DNA of 32,000 nucleotides, taken from Corynebacterium amycolatum (GTDB lineage Bacteria > Actinomycetota > Actinomycetes > Mycobacteriales > Mycobacteriaceae). A program made the translations under genes and the position numbers. Positions within the stretch are counted from its first letter, which is position 1. Every line of letters starts with the position of its first letter. Of the stretch, positions 16,777 through 25,490 are shown piece by piece. The notes beneath the pieces are model-generated. The model was not told the DNA's origin and made no database searches. It saw only the letters and a program-made list of their open reading frames with translations. The DNA lies in assembly GCF_049243625.1 (NCBI RefSeq), contig NZ_CP046975.1. One strand, given 5' to 3'.

Positions 16777-16901
16777 GTGGTGATCAGTAGACATCCTGAA
16801 AGTCAGACACATTTTTTGTCACTTAACCCAACGCAGTCACTAACTTGCATTGGCCAGGCCGCGCAGCAGTCATAAGACCAGGGCAACGTAGCGTTCGGCA
16901 G

Positions 16902-16928
16902 TTATCCACAGTCTGAAAATTATCCACA
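16902..16928 (+). promoter_or_regulatory. Two perfect TTATCCACA (DnaA-box consensus) 9-mers in direct repeat upstream of ssd
   Basis: TTATCCACAG at 16902-16911 and 16920-16929, 18 bp apart start to start, about 50-75 bp upstream of the first Tad-operon gene. Confidence 0.4.
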
Positions 16929-16976
16929 GACAGCGAGGTTTTGGCCCCTTGCGAGCATCATTGAATCCGCCTTTTA

Positions 16977-18395
16977 GTGCACGCTATGGCCATGGCAATC
17001 AAGAAACTGTCCATGGCTCAGCGAACCGAGGCTCCAGCAAATCCAGTAGTCAACGCTGTCGATGATGAAGCGCTGCGTGAAGAGGTTGCACTCATAGTCG
17101 CTGCTACCGGTCGTGACTGTGTGCAAGAGACCGTGCCACCTGTGGCTGCAGCGCCAGTGGCCGCACAAGCATTGACATCGTCGCCAGCATCACCACCAGT
17201 ATCAGCCACAGCGTCAGTGCCCGCATCGACCGGAGCGGGAGTTTCATCGGCCCTGTGGCGTCGGGCACCAGCGGTGTTCGTTGATGCGTCGGCAGCCCGA
17301 AGATTAGCCGGGCGGCCTCATTGTGAGGGAGCAATCTTTCTGGTCCGCAGTGATACTGAGGCGGAAGATACGCAGGTGGCGAAGGTTTTAGCTCCTGTTT
17401 ACAGCGCTAGTTTGCCCGCGGATAACGTCGATATTGTCGAACTGCTCGGCCGAGCCGAGGTACGTCCGGATGGTCCGAGGCTCTCCGATTTCCAACACAG
17501 CTCGAGCCTCCTGAACCACCAACACACCCCAGCGTCACCTGCGAGCGCAGACGTGATTACAGCACCAGGTACAGAACCCGCACCGAACGTGCCAGCAACT
17601 ACAACCGATTCCACGGCAACGTGCCTGATGTTGGTTCCTGCGGTCGGCGGTGCTGGTGCTTCCATTACGGCGGCAGCGAGTGCATTGGTTCTTTCCCGCG
17701 AAAGGCCCATCTGCTTGGTGGACGCAGATGCGCTGGCGGGAGGTATTGATCTGGTGCTCGGGATGGAAACGGAACCGGGACTGAGGTGGCAAGACTTCTC
17801 GGCTGCTGATGGCCGTCTCGACGGGGCGGCACTCTACGAAGCACTGCCATCCTGCCCGCGATCACCCGCGCTGAAAGTGTTGACGTGGACTCGCAGTCGC
17901 ACGCCCGAGACGGCTTACAACCACGCCTCGGCGGCCACCAAATTCGACAGTGCCGACAGACTCGGCAGAACCGACAGACCCGACGATCTTCGACACATTG
18001 CCAGCACCATTAGTTGCCTTATTCATGCCGGAATTACGGTCATCGTGGACTGCCCGAATCAAGTGGAGTACGTCACCACTATCGGCGCGCTTGCCGATGA
18101 CACCGTCATCATCCTGCCCACCTCTGTCCGAGCTATCGCAGCCGGTGGACACCTGGCCAGCGTCTGTGCACAGGCAGGATTCACGCCAAGTCTTGCGGTT
18201 CGGCACCAGCAGCACCGCGATATCAGTGTCGAAGAGGTTGAGTACGCGCTCAATCTGCCCATTGCTGGTGAGATTGAGTACTGCAAGAAAGTAGCTCACG
18301 AGATAGATGTGGGCGGGCTCGCTGGGGCCGTCGGCAAGCTGACGCGGGGATTGGAAGCGATGTTTGCTCTTGTCGGCGGTGGTGGCGATGGATGA
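16977..18395 (+). CDS. ssd: Helicase/secretion-neighbourhood CpaE/TadZ-like protein (Ssd, Rv3660c-like)
   Basis: C-terminal ParA/MinD-like fold with a deviant P-loop (VPAVGGAGASITAAASA...LVDADALAGGIDLVLG) and a long low-complexity N-terminal part. The start is uncertain (GTG 16977, ATG 16986 or ATG 16992). Confidence 0.75.
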   Translation: MHAMAMAIKKLSMAQRTEAPANPVVNAVDDEALREEVALIVAATGRDCVQETVPPVAAAPVAAQALTSSPASPPVSATASVPASTGAGVSSALWRRAPAVFVDASAARRLAGRPHCEGAIFLVRSDTEAEDTQVAKVLAPVYSASLPADNVDIVELLGRAEVRPDGPRLSDFQHSSSLLNHQHTPASPASADVITAPGTEPAPNVPATTTDSTATCLMLVPAVGGAGASITAAASALVLSRERPICLVDADALAGGIDLVLGMETEPGLRWQDFSAADGRLDGAALYEALPSCPRSPALKVLTWTRSRTPETAYNHASAATKFDSADRLGRTDRPDDLRHIASTISCLIHAGITVIVDCPNQVEYVTTIGALADDTVIILPTSVRAIAAGGHLASVCAQAGFTPSLAVRHQQHRDISVEEVEYALNLPIAGEIEYCKKVAHEIDVGGLAGAVGKLTRGLEAMFALVGGGGDG

Positions 18396-19545
18396 TGTCA
18401 GGCTGTTGGCGGCGGTGCGGGCGGCGCTTGCGGAGCGGCCTGGGGTGGCATCGCATAGCGAGGTCGCCGACATCATTCGCGCGGAGACCGCGGGAGTTGT
18501 CTCCGATGTGAAGGTGTTGGAGATTCTGCGCACGATTCGTGAGGAAACAGTGGGCGCGGGCGTGTTGGATGCGCTGTTGCGCCGCCCGGGTGTCAGCGAT
18601 GTGCTGGTCACCGCGCCCGGCGAGGTCTGGGTCGACGCCGGCAACGGACTGGAGCGGGCCGAGATTTCCTTCGCGGACGAGGGCGAGGTGCGCGCGTATG
18701 CGGTGCGGCTCGCGTCGCGGTGCGGACGAAGGCTTGACGACGCGCAACCTTGGGCCGACGGCCATATTCCTGGTGGTGTCGGCGGCTGTGGTGTGCGAGT
18801 TCATGCGGTGCTTTCCCCACCGTCAGCGACCGGCACTCAGATTAGCCTGCGAGTGCTTCGTCCGGCTCGTCGCGGGCTTGCGGAGTTGTGCGATATCGGG
18901 CTGTTTCCACCGGAGATTCTGCCGGTGTTGCGGGGAATCGTGGCGGGACAGCTGTCGTTTATTGTCGCCGGAGGCACGGGTGCGGGAAAGACGACGCTAT
19001 TGGCGGCGATGCTCTCAGAAGTTAATCCTGACCAGCGCATTGTGTGCATCGAGGACACTCCGGAGTTGCAACCGCAGCATCCCCATGTGGTGAAGCTGGT
19101 GACCAGAGCCGCCAACTTGGAGGGGGCCGGTGCGATTGGGCAGCAGGAGTTGCTGAAGCAGGCGTTGCGCATGCGTCCCGACCGCATTGTCGTCGGTGAG
19201 ATTCGTGGCGCCGAAGTGGTGGATCTGCTGGCTGCGTTGAACACGGGGCATCGCGGTGGGGCAGGGACAATTCACGCCAACCGGATTGGGGATGTCGTCG
19301 CGCGCTTTGAGGCTTTGGGGTTGATCGGTGGCCTTAGTCGCGCCGGGCTGCATGCGCAGTTGGTCTCTGCGGTGCAGGTGGTGTTGGTAGTCGAACGCGC
19401 TGATGTTCGCCGGCTGGCGCAGATCGGGCTGCTGCGCGGTAACCCACCGGAGGTGGTGGAGGTTTGGACTGCTCGGGACGGGCCGGGGCCGGGGTGGGAA
19501 ACGTTGCAGAAATTGCTGGTCGGCAGGGAACAGTCGGTGGAATAA
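18388..19545 (+). CDS. tadA: TadA/CpaF-type secretion ATPase (helicase/secretion-neighbourhood ATPase, Rv3659c-like)
   Basis: Walker A GGTGAGKTT, Walker B IVCIEDTPE, then IVVGEIRGAE and TGHRGGAGTIHAN boxes. ATG 18388 overlaps the ssd stop. Confidence 0.88.
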   Translation: MDDVRLLAAVRAALAERPGVASHSEVADIIRAETAGVVSDVKVLEILRTIREETVGAGVLDALLRRPGVSDVLVTAPGEVWVDAGNGLERAEISFADEGEVRAYAVRLASRCGRRLDDAQPWADGHIPGGVGGCGVRVHAVLSPPSATGTQISLRVLRPARRGLAELCDIGLFPPEILPVLRGIVAGQLSFIVAGGTGAGKTTLLAAMLSEVNPDQRIVCIEDTPELQPQHPHVVKLVTRAANLEGAGAIGQQELLKQALRMRPDRIVVGEIRGAEVVDLLAALNTGHRGGAGTIHANRIGDVVARFEALGLIGGLSRAGLHAQLVSAVQVVLVVERADVRRLAQIGLLRGNPPEVVEVWTARDGPGPGWETLQKLLVGREQSVE

Positions 19546-19600
19546 CCGGTGGAATAACCCGGGGGAAAAGTCAGGGGATTAGACGGGGAGATTAACAGCT

Positions 19601-20491
19601 ATGGGGGAGGGATTTAGCGTGACCGTACTCATTGGGGGCGCGGCTGCGGCAGTCGCTATCTGGCCGGACAGCTCGGCGGCGGTGCGCTCGCGAGCGCTGG
19701 CAGGCCGTGCCCGTGAGGTGTCCTGTGGACTGAAGTGGTTGCAGCGCATGGTTGGACTTGGGGCTGGTTCCGCGGGGTCGAGCGCCGCAAGCACTGGCAG
19801 TGCGAATAGAGCTGCAGGGCTATCGATTCTCATCGTTGCAGGTCCGGCACTTGTGTTGCTATGGCTCGCCGGGATTCCAGGTGTCATAGCCGGGCTATTG
19901 CTGGGCCGCACCGCAGGGGCCGTAGTGCGCGCTGTGGGGGAGAGGCGCTGTGAACGTCGGGAAGCGGACAGCGCTGCGGTAGCGCTGGAAACCTTGACCG
20001 CGCAGTTGCGCGCAGGTGCGGCGGCCTCAAGAGCGCTCAACGCGGCAGCAGCGGAATTGCGTAGGGCAGAGGACATGACTGTGTTGGCCGATCATCTTGC
20101 GCACGCGGCGCACCGCGCGAACTTCGCCGACCCGTGGGAGACCGAAGAGTCTTCGGAACAACTGCGTCGGATTGGGCGTATGTGGACGGTGGCGCAGCAA
20201 CATGGTCTGAGTTTGGCCGGGTTACTGGACTGCGCGCGGGGTGATCTGCAGGCTCGTCAGGCACATCGCTCACAGACGTCGGCCGCGCTGGCGGGACCAC
20301 GCATGACGATTGCCATTTTGGCTTCGCTCCCAGTCTTCGGGCTGATTATGGGGCAAGCTTTCGGAGCGTCCCCCTTCGAGTTCCTCAGTCGCGGTATTGG
20401 AGGAATTGTGCTGGTCATCGGTGTCGGGCTGGTGTGCGCGGGCATCGAATGGGCTGTCGCCATCATTGATCGTGCGGAGGCCGGACAATGA
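19601..20491 (+). CDS. tadB: TadB-like type II secretion system F-family membrane protein (Rv3658c-like)
   Basis: Position after tadA, N- and C-terminal TM helices flanking a soluble helical domain, and a stop that overlaps the next start (ATGA). Confidence 0.7.
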   Translation: MGEGFSVTVLIGGAAAAVAIWPDSSAAVRSRALAGRAREVSCGLKWLQRMVGLGAGSAGSSAASTGSANRAAGLSILIVAGPALVLLWLAGIPGVIAGLLLGRTAGAVVRAVGERRCERREADSAAVALETLTAQLRAGAAASRALNAAAAELRRAEDMTVLADHLAHAAHRANFADPWETEESSEQLRRIGRMWTVAQQHGLSLAGLLDCARGDLQARQAHRSQTSAALAGPRMTIAILASLPVFGLIMGQAFGASPFEFLSRGIGGIVLVIGVGLVCAGIEWAVAIIDRAEAGQ

Positions 20492-21138
20492 TCGCTGCCG
20501 CACTTCTCATCGCCGTCTACCTCTGCTTGCCGACGTTCAATCCCGTCCGCAGCCGACTGCCCGAATTGGTATCCGAGTCGGATGCTCGTACGCGAGGAGG
20601 CGTGCGGAGGCAGGTGACCAGTCGGGTGTCGCAGATTGTCGCACAGGTACGGGAGCGTGTGCGAACTGTCATTGGCGGGGAGCGCCTCAGCCCGGCTGTG
20701 CTTCTCGATGCCGCAGCGACCCTCGACATCATTGGCGCTTGTTTGAGCTCCGGTATGCCGTTGTCGCGGGCTATGGCGGCAGCTGCCGATGGCGCAAACC
20801 CGGAGTTGGCCGAGCCACTTCGACAGTGTTCCGCCAGGTTGTCTGTGGGCGCGCACTCTGCTTGGGAGAGCCTTGCTGCCACACCCGCGCTCGTGCCCCT
20901 GGCGACTGCTGGGCGTCGCGCAAGCGAATCCGGCACCGGCCTGGCGCAGGCAATGGAGGACACCGCTGCCACGTACCGCAGCCAAGCGCACGACGCGGCG
21001 CAAGCCGTCGCCGAAAAGGCCGGTGTCCTCATCGCCGGGCCGCTGGCGTTGTGCTTTCTACCCGCGTTTGTGGTGCTGGGTTTGGTGCCCACCATCGCCG
21101 GGCTTGCCGACGAAATGTTTGCAGGGCTGATGCCGTGA
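20488..21138 (+). CDS. tadC: TadC-like type II secretion system F-family membrane protein (Rv3657c-like)
   Basis: T2SSF-like segment (LDIIGACLSSGMPLSRAM...) and C-terminal TM helices. Translationally coupled to tadB. Confidence 0.7.
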   Translation: MIAAALLIAVYLCLPTFNPVRSRLPELVSESDARTRGGVRRQVTSRVSQIVAQVRERVRTVIGGERLSPAVLLDAAATLDIIGACLSSGMPLSRAMAAAADGANPELAEPLRQCSARLSVGAHSAWESLAATPALVPLATAGRRASESGTGLAQAMEDTAATYRSQAHDAAQAVAEKAGVLIAGPLALCFLPAFVVLGLVPTIAGLADEMFAGLMP

Positions 21139-21347
21139 TGATGCTTGGACACTACTGTGCCCAGCCTCGCGCGCTGGCACGCGCCGGATGCAGTGCTGGT
21201 TGCGCTTTCGGTTGCGTCCTCGCCGGTGCGCGTGGGCCGCCGGCTAATCCGCGATCCACCATGCGTCAGCGCGGGTCAACGCACGTTAATGCACATCACA
21301 TCTCACAACTGACCTATCACTCGACTTCCACATAGGGGGAGACACTC

Positions 21348-21608
21348 ATGACCACTCAAAACTCCAGCCGTCCAACTAGCCTTCCAACCAATCCATTGAC
21401 CACTGCACAGTCTCAGCTCCGCTCGTATTTGCACAAACGCCTGCGTGCTCTGGCAACTGAGGAAAACGGCATGTCAACCGTGGAATACGCTTTGGGAACA
21501 ATCGCTGCCGCCGCTTTCGGAGCCCTGCTCTACACCGTCGTGACCGGCGGCGATATCACCCAGGCGCTCACCGACATCATCGAAAGGGCGCTCAACACTG
21601 ATGTCTAG
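21348..21608 (+). CDS. flp: Flp-type pilin-like protein (DUF4244, Rv3656c-like)
   Basis: Prepilin-type junction ENG|MSTVEYALGTIAAAAFGALLYTVV, with GGGGGAG upstream of the ATG. The leader would be 41 aa if ATG 21348 is used. Confidence 0.8.
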   Translation: MTTQNSSRPTSLPTNPLTTAQSQLRSYLHKRLRALATEENGMSTVEYALGTIAAAAFGALLYTVVTGGDITQALTDIIERALNTDV

Positions 21609-21954
21609 CCGCATCCGCTCTACGCTTCATCGCCTGTGCGTCGGCGACGAAGGCCAAACCACGGTAGAAACCGCTTTCGGTCTCGCGGCACTGGTCACGG
21701 TCATGGTCACGGCTTTGTCAGGGCTGGTCACCATCGCAATGTACCTAGGGCTTACCGACGCAGCCGGAGCCATCGCACGGGCTGAGGCGCGGGGCGATGC
21801 GGAGACAGTAGCCGAGCTCCGCGCCGACGCGGATGGACAGGTCGCGATATCGGAAACCTCCGGTACCGTGCGCGTGACCATTCGGCGCTCAGCGGGGCCT
21901 TTTACGCTGGAAGCACGCGCGGTTGCCCTGCAGGAAAGAGCGGCATCGTCATGA
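21601..21954 (+). CDS. TadE-like pseudopilin (Rv3655c-like)
   Basis: An N-terminal GQTTVETAFGLAALVTVMV TadE-type hydrophobic segment. Overlaps the flanking genes. Confidence 0.7.
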   Translation: MSSRIRSTLHRLCVGDEGQTTVETAFGLAALVTVMVTALSGLVTIAMYLGLTDAAGAIARAEARGDAETVAELRADADGQVAISETSGTVRVTIRRSAGPFTLEARAVALQERAASS

Positions 21955-22316
21955 GAAACATGACAGCCCGCCTCTTACGCGAAGAAGATGGTTCCACCAC
22001 AGTCGCAGCCGCACTGTTCATCGCTGCTTTCGTCATTCTGACTTTGGTTGGAGTTACAGCCGGGGTGAGGGTGGTGCAGGCTCGGCAGGCAGCGGTAGCA
22101 GCGGATCTGGCCGCGGTGGCCGGTGCCGTGGCTGCGCAAGAGAGCGACGATGCCTGCAAAGCCGCTGGGTCAATCGCAAAAGCTAACCACGCACGTCTTG
22201 TGGCCTGCGAGATCGATGGAGAGGACGTGCAGGTCAGCGTCCAACGAAAGGCGAGAAAAGCCACGTCCAGAGCAGGGCCGGTCGCGGTGGAGGATGCTGC
22301 TACTGGCCGTCGTTAA
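21951..22316 (+). CDS. Helicase/secretion-neighbourhood TadE-like protein (Rv3654c family)
   Basis: DGSTTVAAALFIAAFVILTLVG segment followed by AADLAAVAGA...AC...A...GARLV-type motifs. ATGA overlap with the upstream gene. Confidence 0.7.
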   Translation: MRNMTARLLREEDGSTTVAAALFIAAFVILTLVGVTAGVRVVQARQAAVAADLAAVAGAVAAQESDDACKAAGSIAKANHARLVACEIDGEDVQVSVQRKARKATSRAGPVAVEDAATGRR

Positions 22317-24645
22317 GCGCGCGCGACACTCCACTGAGCACTTTGATTGCGCCGGCCTTGTCCAGCGGATCGTTGCCATTGCCGCACTTGGGCGACTGGA
22401 TGCACGATGGGCAACCGGATTCGCACTCGCAGGCGGCGACAGCATCGCGGGTCGCGCGAATCCACTGCGCGAAGGCCTCGTAGCCACGGTCGGCGAATCC
22501 TGCACCACCAGGGTGCCCGTCGTAAACAAAAACGGTGGGCTGCTGGGTATCGGCGTGCATGATCGTGGAAACGCCGCCGATGTCCCAGCGGTCGCAGGTG
22601 GCAATCAGCGGCAGCATGCCGATAGCCGCGTGCTCGGCTGCGTGGAGAGCCCCCGGCGCGATGTCGGAGCCCACGCCCCACGAGCGCAGTGTGGACTCGG
22701 GCATTGTGTAGGCCACGGCGCGCGTGACCAAACGCTGCGGAGGGTAGTCAAGCTCAACACTGTCGAGAATCTCGCCGGTATCCAAGCGACGAAGATAGGA
22801 GGTGACCTGATGAAAAACCTCGACCTGGCAGGAAGCGACCTGTAAGCCCTGGTAGTGGCGCATGTCGTCAACATCGAGGATGCGAATGGTGGTGTCCATG
22901 CGTGAGCTGGTGGAATAGCGTGGCTGCTCGGGGTGGACCAGGGCGACGAGGCTGTCGAAGTCCAGCTGGTCGACAAGGTAGGACTCGCCGCGGTGCAAGT
23001 AAACGGCACCGTCGTGGACCTGCTGCATCGCACGGCCAAGATCGATGGTGCCAAGCAGGCGACCATCGGTCTGGTCGACGATGGCCACTTCCTGGCCATC
23101 GCCGCCACGGACGTTCACGGCATCGTGAGCAGTGGCAATGCGCGGTCCCTCATCGCGGTCGGTCGGGTAGTAGACGGGTTCTTGTCCTTCCCAGGTGCGT
23201 TTGCGCAACCAGCCCGCAACCACCATGTCTTCGGCTACGGGCAGGGTTCCCCATGCCTGAAGCTGGCTGGTGGTGATCGGTTTCTCCACAGCCGCGCAGT
23301 AGAGGTGTGACCACACCACATGCGGGTTACGGGGATCGAAGACGGTCTTCTCCACCGGCCGGCCCAACAGTGCCGAAGGGTTGTGGACCAAGTAAGTGTC
23401 CATGGGATCATCGCGAGCCACCAACACCACCAGCGCGCCCTGACCACGACGGCCCGCGCGGCCGGCCTGCTGCCAGAACGAAGCGACCGTGCCCGGGAAA
23501 CCGGCCTGCACCACCGCGTCAAGGCCACCGACGTCAATGCCCAGCTCCAGTGCATTGGTGGTGGCCACACCAAGCAGGGTGCCGTCATCGAGCATGCGCT
23601 CGATGTCGCGGCGTTCTTCGGCCAGGTAGCCGGCGCGGTAAGACTCGATGCGCTCGGCGATATCGCTGCGGCGGCGCTTCTCCAGGCGCTCGCGCACGCC
23701 GAGCGCTACCTTCTCGGCACTGCTTCGCGAACGGGTGAAGGTCAGGGTGCGGGCGCCCTCGACGAGCAGGTCGGCCATGATATCTGCGGCCTCGGTCGGG
23801 GCGGGGCGGCGCACGGGGGCACCGTTCTCGCCTTGGAGGTCGGGGAGCAGGCCGGGTTCCCACAGGGCGATAGTCCGCTCACCGACCGGGGCGCCGTCTT
23901 CGGTGACGGCCTCGACAGGCTCGCCGATGAGGCGACGAGCCTGGTCAGCAGGGTCGTTGGTCGTCGCAGAGGCAAAAATCACGGTCGGCGAGGCGCCATA
24001 CTCCCGGGACAGCCGCAGAAGGCGACGCAGAATTTGGGAGACGTTGGCGCCGAATACGCCTCGATAGGCATGGCATTCGTCGACGACGATATAGCGCAGG
24101 TTGCGCAGCATCCGCGTCCACCGAACATGATTGCCGAGGACCGAAACATGCAGCATATCGGGGTTGGTAAACACCCAACGGGCATGGTCGCGAATCGCGC
24201 GCCGGGCGTCTTGCGGGGTGTCGCCGTCGTAAAGCGAAATCAGCGAGCTCAGCGACGCCGGTGCCATCGCGCGTGCCGTGTCCAGCTGATCGGCGCCCAG
24301 TGCCTTGGTCGGGGAGAGGTACAGCGCGGTGGCCTCGGGGGTGGCGGACAGTTCTGTGAGCACGGGCAGCAGATAACCGAGCGATTTACCCGACGCTGTG
24401 CCCGTCGCGACGACGCAGTGCACGCCCTCGCGGGCGAGGTTCGCGGTTGTCGCCTGATGAGTCCACAGGTTCTCAATTCCGCGATCTACCAGCACTTCTT
24501 TCAGCCATTCCGGCACCCATTCAGGCCAAGGTGCGGTCACACCAGCGCGTGCAGGAAGATCCGCAATGTGCGTCACCGTCGCCCGCGGATGCGCACGAAT
24601 AACCGGCCCCAGCAGCTCCCGTCCAAATGACTCCACCGACACCAC
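22300..24645 (-). CDS. DEAD/DEAH (DECH)-box helicase with a C-terminal DUF1998/MrfA-type zinc domain (Rv3649-like)
   Basis: Walker [13 protein letters not shown] box ([11 protein letters not shown]), motif [12 protein letters not shown], and a C-terminal four-Cys cluster [23 protein letters not shown] start behind AGGAAAGG. The 3' end overlaps the convergent tadE-like gene by 17 bp. Confidence 0.9.
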   Translation of the reverse strand: MVSVESFGRELLGPVIRAHPRATVTHIADLPARAGVTAPWPEWVPEWLKEVLVDRGIENLWTHQATTANLAREGVHCVVATGTASGKSLGYLLPVLTELSATPEATALYLSPTKALGADQLDTARAMAPASLSSLISLYDGDTPQDARRAIRDHARWVFTNPDMLHVSVLGNHVRWTRMLRNLRYIVVDECHAYRGVFGANVSQILRRLLRLSREYGASPTVIFASATTNDPADQARRLIGEPVEAVTEDGAPVGERTIALWEPGLLPDLQGENGAPVRRPAPTEAADIMADLLVEGARTLTFTRSRSSAEKVALGVRERLEKRRRSDIAERIESYRAGYLAEERRDIERMLDDGTLLGVATTNALELGIDVGGLDAVVQAGFPGTVASFWQQAGRAGRRGQGALVVLVARDDPMDTYLVHNPSALLGRPVEKTVFDPRNPHVVWSHLYCAAVEKPITTSQLQAWGTLPVAEDMVVAGWLRKRTWEGQEPVYYPTDRDEGPRIATAHDAVNVRGGDGQEVAIVDQTDGRLLGTIDLGRAMQQVHDGAVYLHRGESYLVDQLDFDSLVALVHPEQPRYSTSSRMDTTIRILDVDDMRHYQGLQVASCQVEVFHQVTSYLRRLDTGEILDSVELDYPPQRLVTRAVAYTMPESTLRSWGVGSDIAPGALHAAEHAAIGMLPLIATCDRWDIGGVSTIMHADTQQPTVFVYDGHPGGAGFADRGYEAFAQWIRATRDAVAACECESGCPSCIQSPKCGNGNDPLDKAGAIKVLSGVSRALNDGQ

Positions 24646-24952
24646 CCTTTCCTATAAACGCGCACTTCATATGCTTGACGACGCTTCCTGCCAGCCACAT
24701 TTTCGCCTTTCGACAACCCAGTTTCTCCGGGCCCCGAACGCGGGTTTACGGGGGTGGCAAGGAGCTGTTCCTAATCGGCGCTTGCGCCCCAAACGTGGCA
24801 GACTTTTTGAGTGTATCGCCCGCCAAAGGGCACCCAGCAAAAGCCCGCTCGAGGCGGAAAGGGTGTTCTCGCCGTGTTTACCCCATTGTGTGTGGCCGGA
24901 TGTGCGTCGCGAATACTTGTTTTATCGAATCCTGAAGTTGGGAAGTTTTGTA

Positions 24953-25156
24953 ATGGCACAGGGTACTGTGAAGTGGTTCAACTCGGAGAAGGGCTTCGGG
25001 TTTATCGCCCCAGCTGACGGTGGCAACGACGTGTTTGTTCACTACTCCGAGATCCAGGGCACTGGTTTCAAGACGCTGGAAGAGAACCAGGCAGTCGAGT
25101 TCGAGATTGGTGAAGGCCAGAAGGGCCCGCAGGCTCTGGACGTGAAGCCTCTGTAA
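24953..25156 (+). CDS. cspA: Cold-shock protein CspA
   Basis: 67 aa: [20 protein letters not shown]...VFVHYSEI (RNP1/RNP2 motifs). A long 5' UTR (~300 nt) is possible. Confidence 0.95.
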   Translation: MAQGTVKWFNSEKGFGFIAPADGGNDVFVHYSEIQGTGFKTLEENQAVEFEIGEGQKGPQALDVKPL

Positions 25157-25268
25157 AGCTTAGTAGTTCGGGGCTGAGTTCGGTTCTGAACTGGGCTTTT
25201 GCTCGGTTTGGCTCGTAGACCTCGATCTGCAAGGTTCATGCTGTGTTCATGCTGTGAGCCGTGATTCT

Positions 25269-25300
25269 CCCACGCGGAAAGTAATTTCTGCGTGGGTTTT
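25269..25300 (+). terminator. Intrinsic terminator of cspA
   Basis: 12-bp stem cccacgcggaaa / tttctgcgtggg (one G-U pair), GTAA loop, then TTTTGTATTT. Confidence 0.7.
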
Positions 25301-25334
25301 GTATTTCTGGGGTCCCGGAGTGCGCGGCAATCGC

Positions 25335-25381
25335 GGGGTAATAGGCAAAAGTGCGTCTGCTCAGCGTGTCGACCGGTGGGG
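25335..25381. repeat. Solo IS-end remnant homologous to the IS1249-like end at 12045-12082
   Basis: ggggtaataggcaaaagtgcgtctgctcagcgtgtcg versus gggttaataggcaaaaagtgtgtccgctcggcgtgtcg, same orientation, about 85% identity. I found no partner inverted repeat nearby. Confidence 0.6.
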
Positions 25382-25407
25382 ACCTTCTGCTTCTTACTTC
25401 AATGCGA

Positions 25408-25472
25408 GTTACTGACCGCGTTTATGGCTGGCGGCGACGGGGATGATCCGGGTTACTGACCGCGTTTATGGC
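25408..25472 (+). repeat. Perfect 21-bp direct repeat gttactgaccgcgtttatggc (25408-25428 and 25452-25472)
   Basis: Read directly from the sequence; the copies are 44 bp apart start to start. Confidence 0.85.
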
Positions 25473-25490
25473 ACAAATCGCACGAAAAAT

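Larger units (their letters stand above)
12045..16829 (-). mobile_element. Decayed zinc-finger-transposase IS (IS1249-like), split by a nested IS481-family unit
   Basis: Terminal inverted repeats gggttaataggcaaaaagtgtgtcc (12045-12069) and gacacattttttgtcacttaaccc (16806-16829) match at about 21/26 positions. Without the nested insert the element is about 1.1 kb. Confidence 0.6.

Noticed and set aside
16902-16929. The twin TTATCCACA boxes as a replication origin.
   Set aside because: There are only two boxes, no AT-rich unwinding element, and no dnaA/dnaN context. I kept them only as a candidate regulatory site.
20397-21335. A 312-aa ORF (+) spanning tadC and the tadC-flp spacer.
   Set aside because: It is out of frame with the well-supported tadB and tadC genes, and its Arg/Cys/Pro-rich translation has no domain features.
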